Assembly: GCA_002189035.1 (NCBI GenBank)
Contig: NEEC01000488.1
Coordinates: forward strand, 1 to 17,492
Direction of reading: 5' to 3'
Length of the DNA stretch: 17,492 nucleotides
DNA from: Utricularia gibba
Lineage: Eukaryota > Plantae > Magnoliophyta
Each line of letters opens with the position of its first letter. Positions within the stretch are counted from its first letter, which is position 1. Made by a program: the position numbers and the translations under genes. Shown in pieces: positions 1 through 12,096 of this stretch. The notes beneath the pieces were generated by a model, which had not been told where the DNA came from, searched no databases, and saw only the letters and a list, made by a program, of their open reading frames with translations.

Positions 1-3000
1 CGGGTCAAGGACCAAGTTCCAGCGAGACTGCCGCCACAAAACGAGAAGCGGTTCCTTGAAAAACCATGTAGGCAGCCCCCGAAAACCGAACGATAATAAA
101 TACATCACTTTATTTGCCGGACTACAACTAACTCTCGTGCAAGCCAAACATTACTTTGTCCCGTTCCAGGTGCACCAAAGACCGCCTGCTCAAGTATAAA
201 GTAAGTTGTTGAAAAAAATCATGTGGGGTGCACGTGACATCATAATTTAAAGAAATGCATCATTTTTTTTAATCGATTTGCATCCAGTTGACCTCATGAG
301 CCATACAGAATCGGGGTCAAGGACCAAGTTCCCAGCGAGACTGGCCGCCACAAAACGAGAAGCTTTCCTTGAAAAACCATGTAGGCAGCCCCCGAAAACC
401 GAACGATAATAAATACATCACTTTATTTGCCGGACTACAACTAACTCTCGGTGCAAGCCAAACATTACTTTGTCCGTTCCAGGTGCACCCAAAGACCGCC
501 TGCTCAAGTATAAAGTAAGTTGTTGAAAAAATCATGTGGGGTGCACGTGACATCATAATTTAAACAAATGCATCATTTTTTTTAATCGATTTGCATCCAG
601 TTGACCTCATGAGCCATACAGAATCGGGGTCAAGGACCAAGTTCCAGCGAGACTGGCCGCCACAAAACGAGAAGCGGTTCCTTGAAAAACCATGTAGGCA
701 GCCCCCGAAAACCGAACGATAATAAATACATCACTTTATTTGCCGGACTACAACTAACTCTCGGTGCAAGCCAAACATTACCTTGTCCCGTTCCAGGTGC
801 CTGCTCAAGTATAAAGTAAGTTGTTGAAAAAATCATGTGGGGTGCACGTGACATCATAATTTAAAGAAATGCATCATTTTTTTAATCGATTTGCATCCAG
901 TTGACCTCATGACCATACAGAATCGGGGTCAAGGACCAAGTTCCCAGCGAGACTGGCCGCCACAAAACGAGAAGCGGTTCCTTGAAAAACCATGTAGGCA
1001 GCCCCCGAAAACCGAACGATAATAAATACATCACTTTATTTGCCGACTACAACTAACTCTCGGTGCAAGCCAAACATTACCTTTGTCCCGTTCCAGGTGC
1101 ACCCAAAGACCGCCTGCTCAAGTATAAAGTAAGTTGTTGAAAAAATCATGTGGGGTGCACGTGACATCATAATTTAAAGAAAATGCATCATTTTTTTTAA
1201 TCGATTTGCATCCAGTTGACCTCATGAGCCATACAGAATCGGGTCAAGGACCAAGTTCCCAGCGAGACTGGCCGCCACAAAACGAGAAGCGGTTCCTTGA
1301 AAAACCATGTAGGCAGCCCCCGAAAACCGAACGATAATAAATACATCACTTTATTTGCCGGACTACAACTAACTCTCGGTGCAAGCCAAACCCCTTTGTC
1401 CCGTTCCAGGTGCACCCAAAGACCGCCTGCTCAAGTATAAAGTAAGTTGTTGAAAAAATCATGTGGGGTGCACGTGACATCATAATTTAAACAAATGCAT
1501 CATTTTTTTAATCGATTTGCATCCAGTTGACCTCATGAGCCATACAGAATCGGGGTCAAGGACCAAGTTCCAGCGAGACTGGCCGCCACAAAACGAGAAG
1601 CGGTTCCTTGAAAAACCATGTAGGCAGCCCCCGAAAACCGAACGATAATAAATACATCACTTTATTTGCCGGACTACAACTAACTCTCGGTGCAAGCCAA
1701 ACATTACCTTTGTCCCGTTCCAGGTGCACCCAAAGACCGCCTGCTCAAGTATAAAGTAAGTTGTTGAAAAAATCATGTGGGGTGCACGTGACATCATAAT
1801 TTAAAGAAATGCATCATTTTTTTTAATCGATTTGCATCCAGTTGACCTCATGAGCCATACAGAATCGGGTCAAGGACCAAGTTCCCAGCGAGACTGGCCG
1901 CCACAAAACGAGAAGCGTTCCTTGAAAAACCATGTAGGCAGCCCCCGAAAACCGAACGATAATAAATACATCACTTTATTTGCCGGACTACAACTAACTC
2001 TCGGTGCAAGCCAAACATTACCTTTGTCCCGTTCCAGGTGCACCCAAAGACCGCCTGCTCAAGTATAAAGTAAGTTGTTGAAAAAATCATGTGGGGTGCA
2101 CGTGACATCATAATTTAAAAAATGCATCATTTTTTTTAATCGATTTGCATCCAGTTGACCTCATGAGCCATACAGAATCGGGGTCAAGGACCAAGTTCCC
2201 AGCGAGACTGGCCGCCACAAAACGAGAAGCTTCCTTGAAAAACCATGTAGGCAGCCCCGAAAACCGAACGATAATAAATACATCACTTTATTTGCCGGAC
2301 TACAACTAACTCTCGGTGCAAGCCAAACATTACCTTTGTCCCGTTCCAGGTGCACCCAAAGACCGCCTGCTCAAGTATAAAGTAAGTTGTTGAAAAAATC
2401 ATGTGGGGTGCACGTGACATCATAATTTAAAAATGCATCATTTTTTTAAATCGATTTGCATCCAGTTGACCTCATGAGCCATACAGAATCGGGGTCAAGG
2501 ACCAAGTTCCAGCGAGACTGGCCGCCACAAACGAGAAGCGTTCCTTGAAAAACCATGTAGGCAGCCCCGAAAACCGAACGATAATAAATACATCACTTTA
2601 TTTGCCGACTACAACTAACTCTCGTGCAAGCCAAACATTACCTTTGTCCCGTTCCAGGTGCACCCAAAGACCGCCTGCTCAAGTATAAAGTAAGTTGTTG
2701 AAAAAATCATGTGGGGTGCACGTGACATCATAATTTAAAGAAATGCATCATTTTTTTTAATCGATTTGCATCCAGTTGACCTCATGAGCCATACAGAATC
2801 GGGGTCAAGGACCAAGTTCCCAGCGAGACTGGCCGCCACAAAAAGAAGCTTCCTTGAAAAACCATGTAGGCAGCCCCCGAAAACCGAACGATAATAAATA
2901 CATCACTTTATTTGCCGACTACAACTAACTCTCGGTGCAAGCCAAACATTACCTTTGTCCCGTTCCAGGTGCACCAAAGACCGCCTGCTCAAGTATAAAG

Positions 3001-6000
3001 TAAGTTGTTGAAAAAATCATGTGGGGTGCACGTGACATCATAATTTAAACAAATGCATTTTTTTTTAATCGATTTGCATCCAGTTGACCTCATGAGCCAT
3101 ACAGAATCGGGGCAAGGACCAAGTTCCCAGCGAGACTGGCCGCCACAAAACGAGAAGCGGTTCCTTGAAAAACCATGTAGGCAGCCCCGAAAACCGAACG
3201 ATAATAAATACATCACTTTATTTGCCGGACTACAACTAACTCTCGGTGCAAGCCAAACATTACCTTTGTCCCGTTCCAGGTGCACCCAAAGACCGCCTGC
3301 TCAAGTATAAAGTAAGTTGTTGAAAAAATCATGTGGGGTGCACGTGACATCATAATTTAAAGAAATGCATCATTTTTTTTAATCGATTTGCATCCAGTTG
3401 ACCTCATGAGCCATACAGAATCGGGGTCAAGGACCAAGTTCCCAGCGAGACTGGCCGCCACAAAACGAGAAGCGTTCCTTGAAAAACCATGTAGGCAGCC
3501 CCGAAAACCGAACGATAATAAATACATCACTTTATTTGCCGGACTACAACTAACTCTCGGTGCAAGCCAAACATTACCTTTGTCCCGTTCCAGGTGCACC
3601 CAAAGACCGCCTGCTCAAGTATAAAGTAAGTTGTTGAAAAAATCATGTGGGGTGCACGTGACATCATAATTTAAAGAAATGCATCATTTTTTTTAATCGA
3701 TTTGCATCCAGTTGACCTCATGAGCCATACAGAATCGGGGTCAAGGACCAAGTTCCCAGCGAGACTGGCCGCCACAAAACGAGAAGCGGTTCCTTGAAAA
3801 ACCATGTAGGCAGCCCCCGAAAACCGAACGATAATAAATACATCACTTTATTTGCCGGACTACAACTAACTCTCGGTGCAAGCCAAACATTACCTTTGTC
3901 CGTTCCAGGTGCACCCAAAGACCGCCTGCTCAAGTATAAAGTAAGTTGTTGAAAAAATCATGTGGGGTGCACGTGACATCATAATTTAAACAAATGCATC
4001 ATTTTTTTTAATCGATTTGCATCCAGTTGACCTCATGAGCCATACAGAATCGGGGTCAAGGACCAAGTTCCCAGCGAGACTGGCCGCCACAAAACGAGAA
4101 GCGGTTCCTTGAAAAACCATGTAGGCAGCCCCCCGAAAACCGAACGATAATAAATACATCACTTTATTTGCCGGACTACAACTAACTCTCGGTGCAAGCC
4201 AAACATTACCTTTGTCCCGTTCCAGGTGCACCCAAAGACCGCCTGCTCAAGTATAAAGTAAGTTGTTGAAAAAATCATGTGGGGTGCACGTGACATCATA
4301 ATTTAAAGAAATGCATCATTTTTTTTAATCGATTTGCATCCAGTTGACCTCATGAGCCATACAGAATCGGGGTCAAGGACCAAGTTCCCAGCGAGACTGG
4401 CCGCCACAAAACGAGAAGCGTTCCTTGAAAAACCATGTAGGCAGCCCCCGAAAACCGAACGATAATAAATACATCACTTTATTTGCCGGACTACAACTAA
4501 CTCTCGGTGCAAGCCAAACATTACCTTTGTCCCGTTCCAGGTGCACCCAAAGACCGCCTGCTCAAGTATAAAGTAAGTTGTTGAAAAAATCATGTGGGGT
4601 GCACGTGACATCATAATTTAAACAAATGCATCATTTTTTTTAATCGATTTGCATCCAGTTGACCTCATGAGCCATACAGAATCGGGGTCAAGGACCAAGT
4701 TCCCAGCGAGACTGGCCGCCACAAAACGAGAAGCGGTTCCTTGAAAAACCATGTAGGCAGCCCCGAAAACCGAACGATAATAAATACATCACTTTATTTG
4801 CCGGACTACAACTAACTCTCGGTGCAAGCCAAACATTACCTTTGTCCCGTTCCAGGTGCACCAAAGACCGCCTGCTCAAGTATAAAGTAAGTTGTTGAAA
4901 AAATCATGTGGGGTGCACGTGACATCATAATTTAAAGAAAATGCATCATTTTTTTTAATCGATTTGCATCCAGTTGACCTCATGAGCCATACAGAATCGG
5001 GGTCAAGGACCAAGTTCCCAGCGAGACTGGCCGCCACAAAACGAGAAGCGGTTCCTTGAAAAACCATGTAGGCAGCCCCCGAAAACCGAACGATAATAAA
5101 TACATCACTTTATTTGCCGGACTACAACTAACTCTCGGTGCAAGCCAAACATTACCTTTGTCCCGTTCCAGGTGCACCCAAAGACCGCCTGCTCAAGTAT
5201 AAAGTAAGTTGTTGAAAAAATCATGTGGGGTGCACGTGACATCATAATTTAAACAAATGCATCATTTTTTTTAATCGATTTGCATCCAGTTGACCTCATG
5301 AGCCATACAGAATCGGGTCAAGGACCAAGTTCCCAGCGAGACTGGCCGCCACAAAACGAGAAGCGGTTCCTTGAAAAACCATGTAGGCAGCCCCGAAAAC
5401 CGAACGATAATAAATACATCACTTTATTTGCCGGACTACAACTAACTCTCGGTGCAAGCCAAACATTACTTTTGTCCCGTTCCAGGTGCACCCAAAGACC
5501 GCCTGCTCAAGTATAAAGTAAGTTGTTGAAAAAATCATGTGGGGTGCACGTGACATCATAATTTAAACAAATGCATCATTTTTTTTAATCGATTTGCATC
5601 CAGTTGACCTCATGAGCCATACAGAATCGGGTCAAGGACCAAGTTCCCAGCGAGACTGGCCGCCACAAAACGAGAAGCGGTTCCTTGAAAAAACCATGTA
5701 GGCAGCCCCGAAAACCGAACGATAATAAATACATCACTTTATTTGCCGGACTACAACTAACTCTCGGTGCAAGCCAAACATTACCTTTGTCCCGTTCCAG
5801 GTGCACCCAAAGACCGCCTGCTCAAGTATAAAGTAAGTTGTTGAAAAAATCATGTGGGGTGCACGTGACATCATAATTTAAAGAAATGCATCATTTTTTT
5901 TAATCGATTTGCATCCAGTTGACCTCATGAGCCATACAGAATCGGGGTCAAGGACCAAGTTCCCAGCGAGACTGGCCGCCACAAAACGAGAAGCGGTTCC

Positions 6001-9000
6001 TTGAAAAACCATGTAGGCAGCCCCGAAAACGAACGATAATAAATACATCACTTTATTTGCCGGACTACAACTAACTCTCGGTGCAAGCCAAACATTACCT
6101 TTGTCCCGTTCCAGGTGCACCAAAGACCGCCTGCTCAAGTATAAAGTAAGTTGTTGAAAAAATCATGTGGGGTGCACGTGACATCATAATTTAAAGAAAT
6201 GCATCATTTTTTTTAATCGATTTGCATCCAGTTGACCTCATGAGCCATACAGAATCGGGGTCAAGGACCAAGTTCCCAGAGACTGGCCGCCACAAAACGA
6301 GAAGCGGTTCCTTGAAAAACCATGTAGGCAGCCCCCGAAAACCGAACGATAATAAATACATCACTTTATTTGCCGACTACAACTAACTCTCGGTGCAAGC
6401 CAAACATTACTTTGTCCCGTTCCAGGTGCACCCAAAGACCGCCTGCTCAAGTATAAAGTAAGTTGTTGAAAAAATCATGTGGGGTGCACGTGACATCATA
6501 ATTTAAACAAATGCATCATTTTTTTTAATCGATTTGCATCCAGTTGACCTCATGAGCCATACAGAATCGGGGTCAAGGACCAAGTTCCCAGCGAGACTGG
6601 CCGCCACAAAACGAGAAGCGGTTCCTTGAAAAACCATGTAGGCAGCCCCCGAAAACCGAACGATAATAAATACATCACTTTATTTGACTACAACTAACTC
6701 TCGGTGCAAGCCAAACATTACCTTTGTCCCGTTCCAGGTGCACCCAAAGACCGCCTGCTCAAGTATAAAGTAAGTTGTTGAAAAAATCATGTGGGTGCAC
6801 GTGACATCATAATTTAAAGAAATGCATCATTTTTTTTAATCGATTTGCATCCAGTTGACCTCATGAGCCATACAGAATCGGGGTCAAGGACCAAGTTCCC
6901 AGCGAGACTGGCCGCCACAAAACGAGAAGCGGTTCCTTGAAAAACCATGTAGGCAGCCCCGAAAACCGAACGATAATAAATACATCACTTTATTTGCCGG
7001 ACTACAACTAACTCTCGGTGCAAGCCAAACATTACCTTTGTCCGTTCCAGGTGCACCCAAAGACCGCCTGCTCAAGTATAAAGTAAGTTGTTGAAAAAAT
7101 CATGTGGGGTGCACGTGACATCATAATTTAAAGAAATGCATCATTTTTTTTAATCGATTTGCATCCAGTTGACCTCATGAGCCATACAGAATCGGGGTCA
7201 AGGACCAAGTTCCCAGCGAGACTGGCCGCCACAAAACGAGAAGCGGTTCCTTGAAAAACCATGTAGGCAGCCCCCGAAAACGAACGATAATAAATACATC
7301 ACTTTATTTGCCGGACTACAACTAACTCTCGGTGCAAGCCAAACATTACCTTTGTCCCGTTCCAGGTGCACCCAAAGACCGCCTGCTCAAGTATAAAGTA
7401 AGTTGTTGAAAAAATCATGTGGGGTGCACGTGACATCATAATTTAAACAAATGCATCATTTTTTTTAATCGATTTGCATCCAGTTGACCTCATGAGCCAT
7501 ACAGAATCGGGGTCAAGGACCAAGTTCCCAGCGAGACTGGCCGCCACAAAACGAGAAGCGGTTCCTTGAAAAACCATGTAGGCAGCCCCCGAAAACCGAA
7601 CGATAATAAATACATCACTTTATTTGCCGGACTACAACTAACTCTCGGTGCAAGCCAAACATTACTTTGTCCCGTTCCAGGTGCACCCAAAGACCGCCTG
7701 CTCAAGTATAAAGTAAGTTGTTGAAAAAATCATGTGGGGTGCACGTGACATCATAATTTAAACAAATGCATCATTTTTTTTAATCGATTTGCATCCAGTT
7801 GACCTCATGAGCCATACAGAATCGGGTCAAGGACCAAGTTCCCAGCGAGACTGGCCGCCACAAAAACGAGAAGCGTTCCTTGAAAAACCATGTAGGCAGC
7901 CCCGAAAACCGAACGATAATAAATACATCACTTTGCCGGACTACAACTAACTCTCGGTGCAAGCCAAACATTACCTTTGTCCCGTTCCAGGTGCACCCAA
8001 AGACCGCCTGCTCAAGTATAAAGTAAGTTGTTGAAAAAATCATGTGGGGTGCACGTGACATCATAATTTAAACAAATGCATCATTTTTTTTAATCGATTT
8101 GCATCCAGTTGACCTCATGAGCCATACAGAATCGGGGTCAAGGACCAAGTTCCCAGCGAGACTGGCCGCCACAAAACGAGAAGCGTTCCTTGAAAAACCA
8201 TGTAGGCAGCCCCCGAAAACCGAACGATAATAAATACATCACTTTATTTGCCGGACTACAACTAACTCTCGGTGCAAGCCAAACATTACCTTTGTCCCGT
8301 TCCAGGTGCACCCAAAGACCGCCTGCTCAAGTATAAAGTAAGTTGTTGAAAAAATCATGTGGGGTGCACGTGACATCATAATTTAAAGAAATGCATCATT
8401 TTTTTTTAATCGATTTGCATCCAGTTGACCTCATGAGCCATACAGAATCGGGGTCAAGGACCAAGTTCCCAGCGAGACTGGCCGCCACAAAACGAGAAGC
8501 GGTTCCTTGAAAAACCATGTAGGCAGCCCCGAAAACCGAACGATAATAAATACATCACTTTATTTGCCGGACTACAACTAACTCTCGGTGCAAGCCAAAC
8601 ATTACCTTTGTCCCGTTCCAGGTGCACCCAAAGACCGCCTGCTCAAGTATAAGTAAGTTGTTGAAAAAATCATGTGGGGTGCACGTGACATCATAATTTA
8701 AAGAAATGCATCATTTTTTTTAATCGATTTGCATCCAGTTGACCTCATGAGCCATACAGAATCGGGTCAAGGACCAAGTTCCCAGCGAGACTGGCCGCCA
8801 CAAAACGAGAAGCGTTCCTTGAAAAACCATGTAGGCAGCCCCCGAAAACCGAACGATAATAAATACATCACTTTATTTGCCGGACTACAACTAACTCTCG
8901 GTGCAAGCCAAACATTACCTTTGTCCCGTTCCAGGTGCACCCAAAGACCGCCTGCTCAAGTATAAAGTAAGTTGTTGAAAAAATCATGTGGGGTGCACGT

Positions 9001-11780
9001 GACATCATAATTTAAAAAATGCATCATTTTTTTTAATCGATTTGCATCCAGTTGACCTCATGAGCCATACAGAATCGGGTCAAGGACCAAGTTCCCAGCG
9101 AGACTGGCCGCCACAAAACGAGAAGCGTTCCTTGAAAAACCATGTAGGCAGCCCCGAAAACCGAACGATAATAAATACATCACTTTATTTGCCGGACTAC
9201 AACTAACTCTCGGTGCAAGCCAAACATTACCTTTGTCCCGTTCCAGGTGCACCCAAAGACCGCCTGCTCAAGTATAAAGTAAGTTGTTGAAAAAATCATG
9301 TGGGGTGCACGTGACATCATAATTTAAAAAATGCATCATTTTTTTTAATCGATTTGCATCCAGTTGACCTCATGAGCCATACAGAATCGGGGTCAAGGAC
9401 CAAGTTCCCAGCGAGACTGGCCGCCACAAAACGAAGCGGTTCCTTGAAAAACCATGTAGGCAGCCCCCGAAAACCGAACGATAATAAATACATCACTTTA
9501 TTTGCCGGACTACAACTAACTCTCGGTGCAAGCCAAACATTACCTTTGTCCCGTTCCAGGTGCACCCAAAGACCGCCTGCTCAAGTATAAAGTAAGTTGT
9601 TGAAAAAATCATGTGGGGTGCACGTGACATCATAATTTAAACAAATGCATCATTTTTTTTAATCGATTTGCATCCAGTTGACCTCATGAGCCATACAGAA
9701 TCGGGTCAAGGACCAAGTTCCCAGCGAGACTGGCCGCCACAAAACGAGAAGCCCTTGAAAAACCATGTAGGCAGCCCCGAAAACCGAACGATAATAAATA
9801 CATCACTTTATTTGCCGGACTACAACTAACTCTCGGTGCAAGCCAAACATTACCTTTGTCCCGTTCCAGGTGCACCAAAGACCGCCTGCTCAAGTATAAA
9901 GTAAGTTGTTGAAAAAATCATGTGGGGTGCACGTGACATCAATTTAAACAAATGCATCATTTTTTTTAATCGATTTGCATCCAGTTGACCTCATGAGCCA
10001 TACAGAATCGGGTCAAGGACCAAGTTCCCAGCGAGACTGGCCGCCACAAAACGAGAAGCGGTTCCTTGAAAAACCATGTAGGCAGCCCCGAAAACCGAAC
10101 GATAATAAATACATCACTTTATTTGCCGGACTACAACTAACTCTCGGTGCAAGCCAAACTTACCTTTGTCCGTTCCAGGTGCACCAAAGACCGCCTGCTC
10201 AAGTATAAAGTAAGTTGTTGAAAAAAATCATGTGGGGTGCACGTGACATCAATTTAAACAAATGCATCATTTTTTTTAATCGATTTGCATCCAGTTGACC
10301 TCATGAGCCATACAGAATCGGGGTCAAGGACCAAGTTCCCAGCGAGACTGGCCGCCACAAAACGAGAAGCGGTTCCTTGAAAAACCATGTAGGCAGCCCC
10401 GAAAACCGAACGATAATAAATACATCACTTTATTTGCCGGACTACAACTAACTCTCGGTGCAAGCCAAACATTACCTTTGTCCCGTTCCAGGTGCCCCAA
10501 AGACCGCCTGCTCAAGTATAAAGTAAGTTGTTGAAAAAATCATGTGGGGTGCACGTGACATCATAATTTAAAGAAATGCATCATTTTTTTAATCGATTTG
10601 CATCCAGTTGACCTCATGAGCCATACAGAATCGGGGTCAAGGACCAAGTTCCCAGCGAGACTGGCCGCCACAAAACGAGAAGCGTTCCTTGAAAAACCAT
10701 GTAGGCAGCCCCGAAAACCGAACGATAATAAATACATCACTTTATTTGCCGGACTACAACTAACTCTCGGTGCAAGCCAAACATTACCTTTGTCCCGTTC
10801 CAGGTGCACCCAAAGACGCCTGCTCAAGTATAAAGTAAGTTGTTGAAAAAATCATGTGGGGTGCACGTGACATCATAATTTAAAAATGCATCATTTTTTT
10901 TAATCGATTTGCATCCAGTTGACCTCATGAGCCATACAGAATCGGGGTCAAGGACCAAGTTCCCAGCGAGACTGGCCGCCACAAAACGAGAAGCGGTTCC
11001 TTGAAAAACCATGTAGGCAGCCCCCGAAAACCGAACGATAATAAATACATCACTTTATTTGCCGGACTACAACTAACTCTCGTGCAAGCCAAACATTACC
11101 TTTGTCCGTTCCAGGTGCACCCAAAGACCGCCTGCTCAAGTATAAAGTAAGTTGTTGAAAAAATCATGTGGGGTGCACGTGACATCATAATTTAAACAAA
11201 TGCATCATTTTTTTTAATCGATTTGCATCCAGTTGACCTCATGAGCCATACAGAATCGGGTCAAGGACCAAGTTCCCAGCGAGACTGGCCGCCACAAAAC
11301 GAGAAGCGGTTCCTTGAAAAACCATGTAGGCAGCCCCCGAAAACCGAACGATAATAAATACATCACTTTATTTGCCGGACTACAACTAACTCTCGGTGCA
11401 AGCCAAACATTACCTTTGTCCCGTTCCAGGTGCACCCAAAGACCGCCTGCTCAAGTATAAAGTAAGTTGTTGAAAAAATCATGTGGGTGCACGTGACATC
11501 ATAATTTAAAGAAATGCATCATTTTTTTTAATCGATTTGCATCCAGTTGACCTCATGAGCCATACAGAATCGGGGTCAAGGACCAAGTTCCCAGCGAGAC
11601 TGGCCGCCACAAACGAGAAGCGTTCCTTGAAAAACCATGTAGGCAGCCCCCGAAAACCGAACGATAATAAATACATCACTTTATTTGCCGGACTACAACT
11701 AACTCTCGGTGCAAGCCAAACATTACCTTTGTCCCGTTCCAGGCACCCAAAGACCGCCTGCTCAAGTATAAAGTAAGTTG

Positions 11781-11940
11781 TTGAAAAAATCATGTGGGGT
11801 GCACGTGACATCATAATTTAAACAAATGCATCATTTTTTTTAATCGATTTGCATCCAGTTGACCTCATGAGCCATACAGAATCGGGGTCAAGGACCAAGT
11901 TCCCAGCGAGACTGGCCGCCACAAAACGAGAAGCGGTTCC
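11781..11940 (+). repeat. Sub-repeat 'B' (160 bp), first half of the dimeric unit; present in every copy
   Basis: Starts TTGAAAAAATCATGTGGG and aligns colinearly to 11941-12096: 41/61 identities over the first 61 columns (one gap), and 29/50 for 11870-11919 vs 12028-12077. Confidence 0.85.
11823..11823 (+). other. Biallelic G/C site within the repeat unit (TTTAAA[G/C]AAATGC); this copy has C
   Basis: Scored in all 56 copies (CACGTG start + 21 nt): 21 G, 30 C, 5 with the base absent. It is the only recurrent substitution I could find in the array. Confidence 0.85.
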
Positions 11941-12096
11941 TTGAAAAACCATGTAGGCAGCCCCCGAAAACCGAACGATAATAAATACATCACTTTATTT
12001 GCCGGACTACAACTAACTCTCGGTGCAAGCCAAACATTACCTTTGTCCCGTTCCAGGTGCACCCAAAGACCGCCTGCTCAAGTATAAAGTAAGTTG
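11941..12096 (+). repeat. Sub-repeat 'A' (156 bp), second half of the dimeric unit; present in every copy
   Basis: Starts TTGAAAAA-CCATGTAGG. Blocks shared with half B at matching offsets: AAATACATCACTTTATTT vs AAATGCATCATTTTTTTT, AGCCAAACA vs AGCCATACA, CCAGGTGCAC vs CCAAGTTCCC, AGACCGCCTGC vs AGACTGGCCGC. Confidence 0.85.

Larger units (their letters stand above)
11781..12096 (+). repeat. Representative consensus-length unit (316 bp)
   Basis: This stretch matches the majority reading of the other copies: TTGAAAAAATCATGTGGGGTGCACGTGACATCATAATTTAAA[C/G]AAATGCATCATTTTTTTTAATCGATTTGCATCCAGTTGACCTCATGAGCCATACAGAATCGGGGTCAAGGACCAAGTTCCCAGCGAGACTGGCCGCCACAAAACGAGAAGCGGTTCC-TTGAAAAACCATGTAGGCAGCCCCCGAAAACCGAACGATAATAAATACATCACTTTATTTGCCGGACTACAACTAACTCTCGGTGCAAGCCAAACATTACCTTTGTCCCGTTCCAGGTGCACCCAAAGACCGCCTGCTCAAGTATAAAGTAAGTTG (hyphen marks the junction of the two halves). 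Hand count gives 141/316 G+C. Homopolymer lengths are the least certain part. Confidence 0.92.

Noticed and set aside
11797-11900. Bacterial sigma70 promoter elements (TTGACC, TTGAAA, CATAAT, minus-strand TATACT)
   Set aside because: No -35/-10 pair at 16-18 bp spacing, and no downstream gene.
11802-11975. Budding-yeast point centromere (CDEI GTCACGTG plus an AT-rich tract plus CCGAAA)
   Set aside because: The AT-rich tract is only about 40 bp and lies on the wrong side of CDEI, and the CCGAAA context does not fit CDEIII.
11963-11975. CENP-B box-like TTCG...CGGG on the minus strand
   Set aside because: The spacing is 5 nt rather than the required 7, and the central conserved A is absent.
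12018-12076. 5S rRNA similarity (TCTCGG..GC.AAGC and AGACCGCCTG resemble eukaryotic 5S segments; the unit size fits a 5S repeat)
   Set aside because: The intervening and flanking sequence does not match 5S (no box C GTACTTGGATGGG, no 5' or 3' stem), and the same region aligns to half B of the repeat. An Rfam cmsearch would settle it.
12011-12082. Spliced-leader RNA gene array (AACTAAC as in the kinetoplastid SL start; GCTCAAG as in the dinoflagellate SL end)
   Set aside because: Each match is only 7 nt with no extension, and there is no convincing Sm site.
11781-12096. Viroid-like or ribozyme-bearing circular RNA (the unit is viroid-sized)
   Set aside because: No CUGANGA...GAAA hammerhead core on either strand; the nearest match, CTCATGA at 11864-11870, lacks the essential G5 and a stem II/GAAA. 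Only short scattered stems (4-8 bp) were seen, not rod-like self-complementarity. The fold was not computed, so this is a by-eye rejection.
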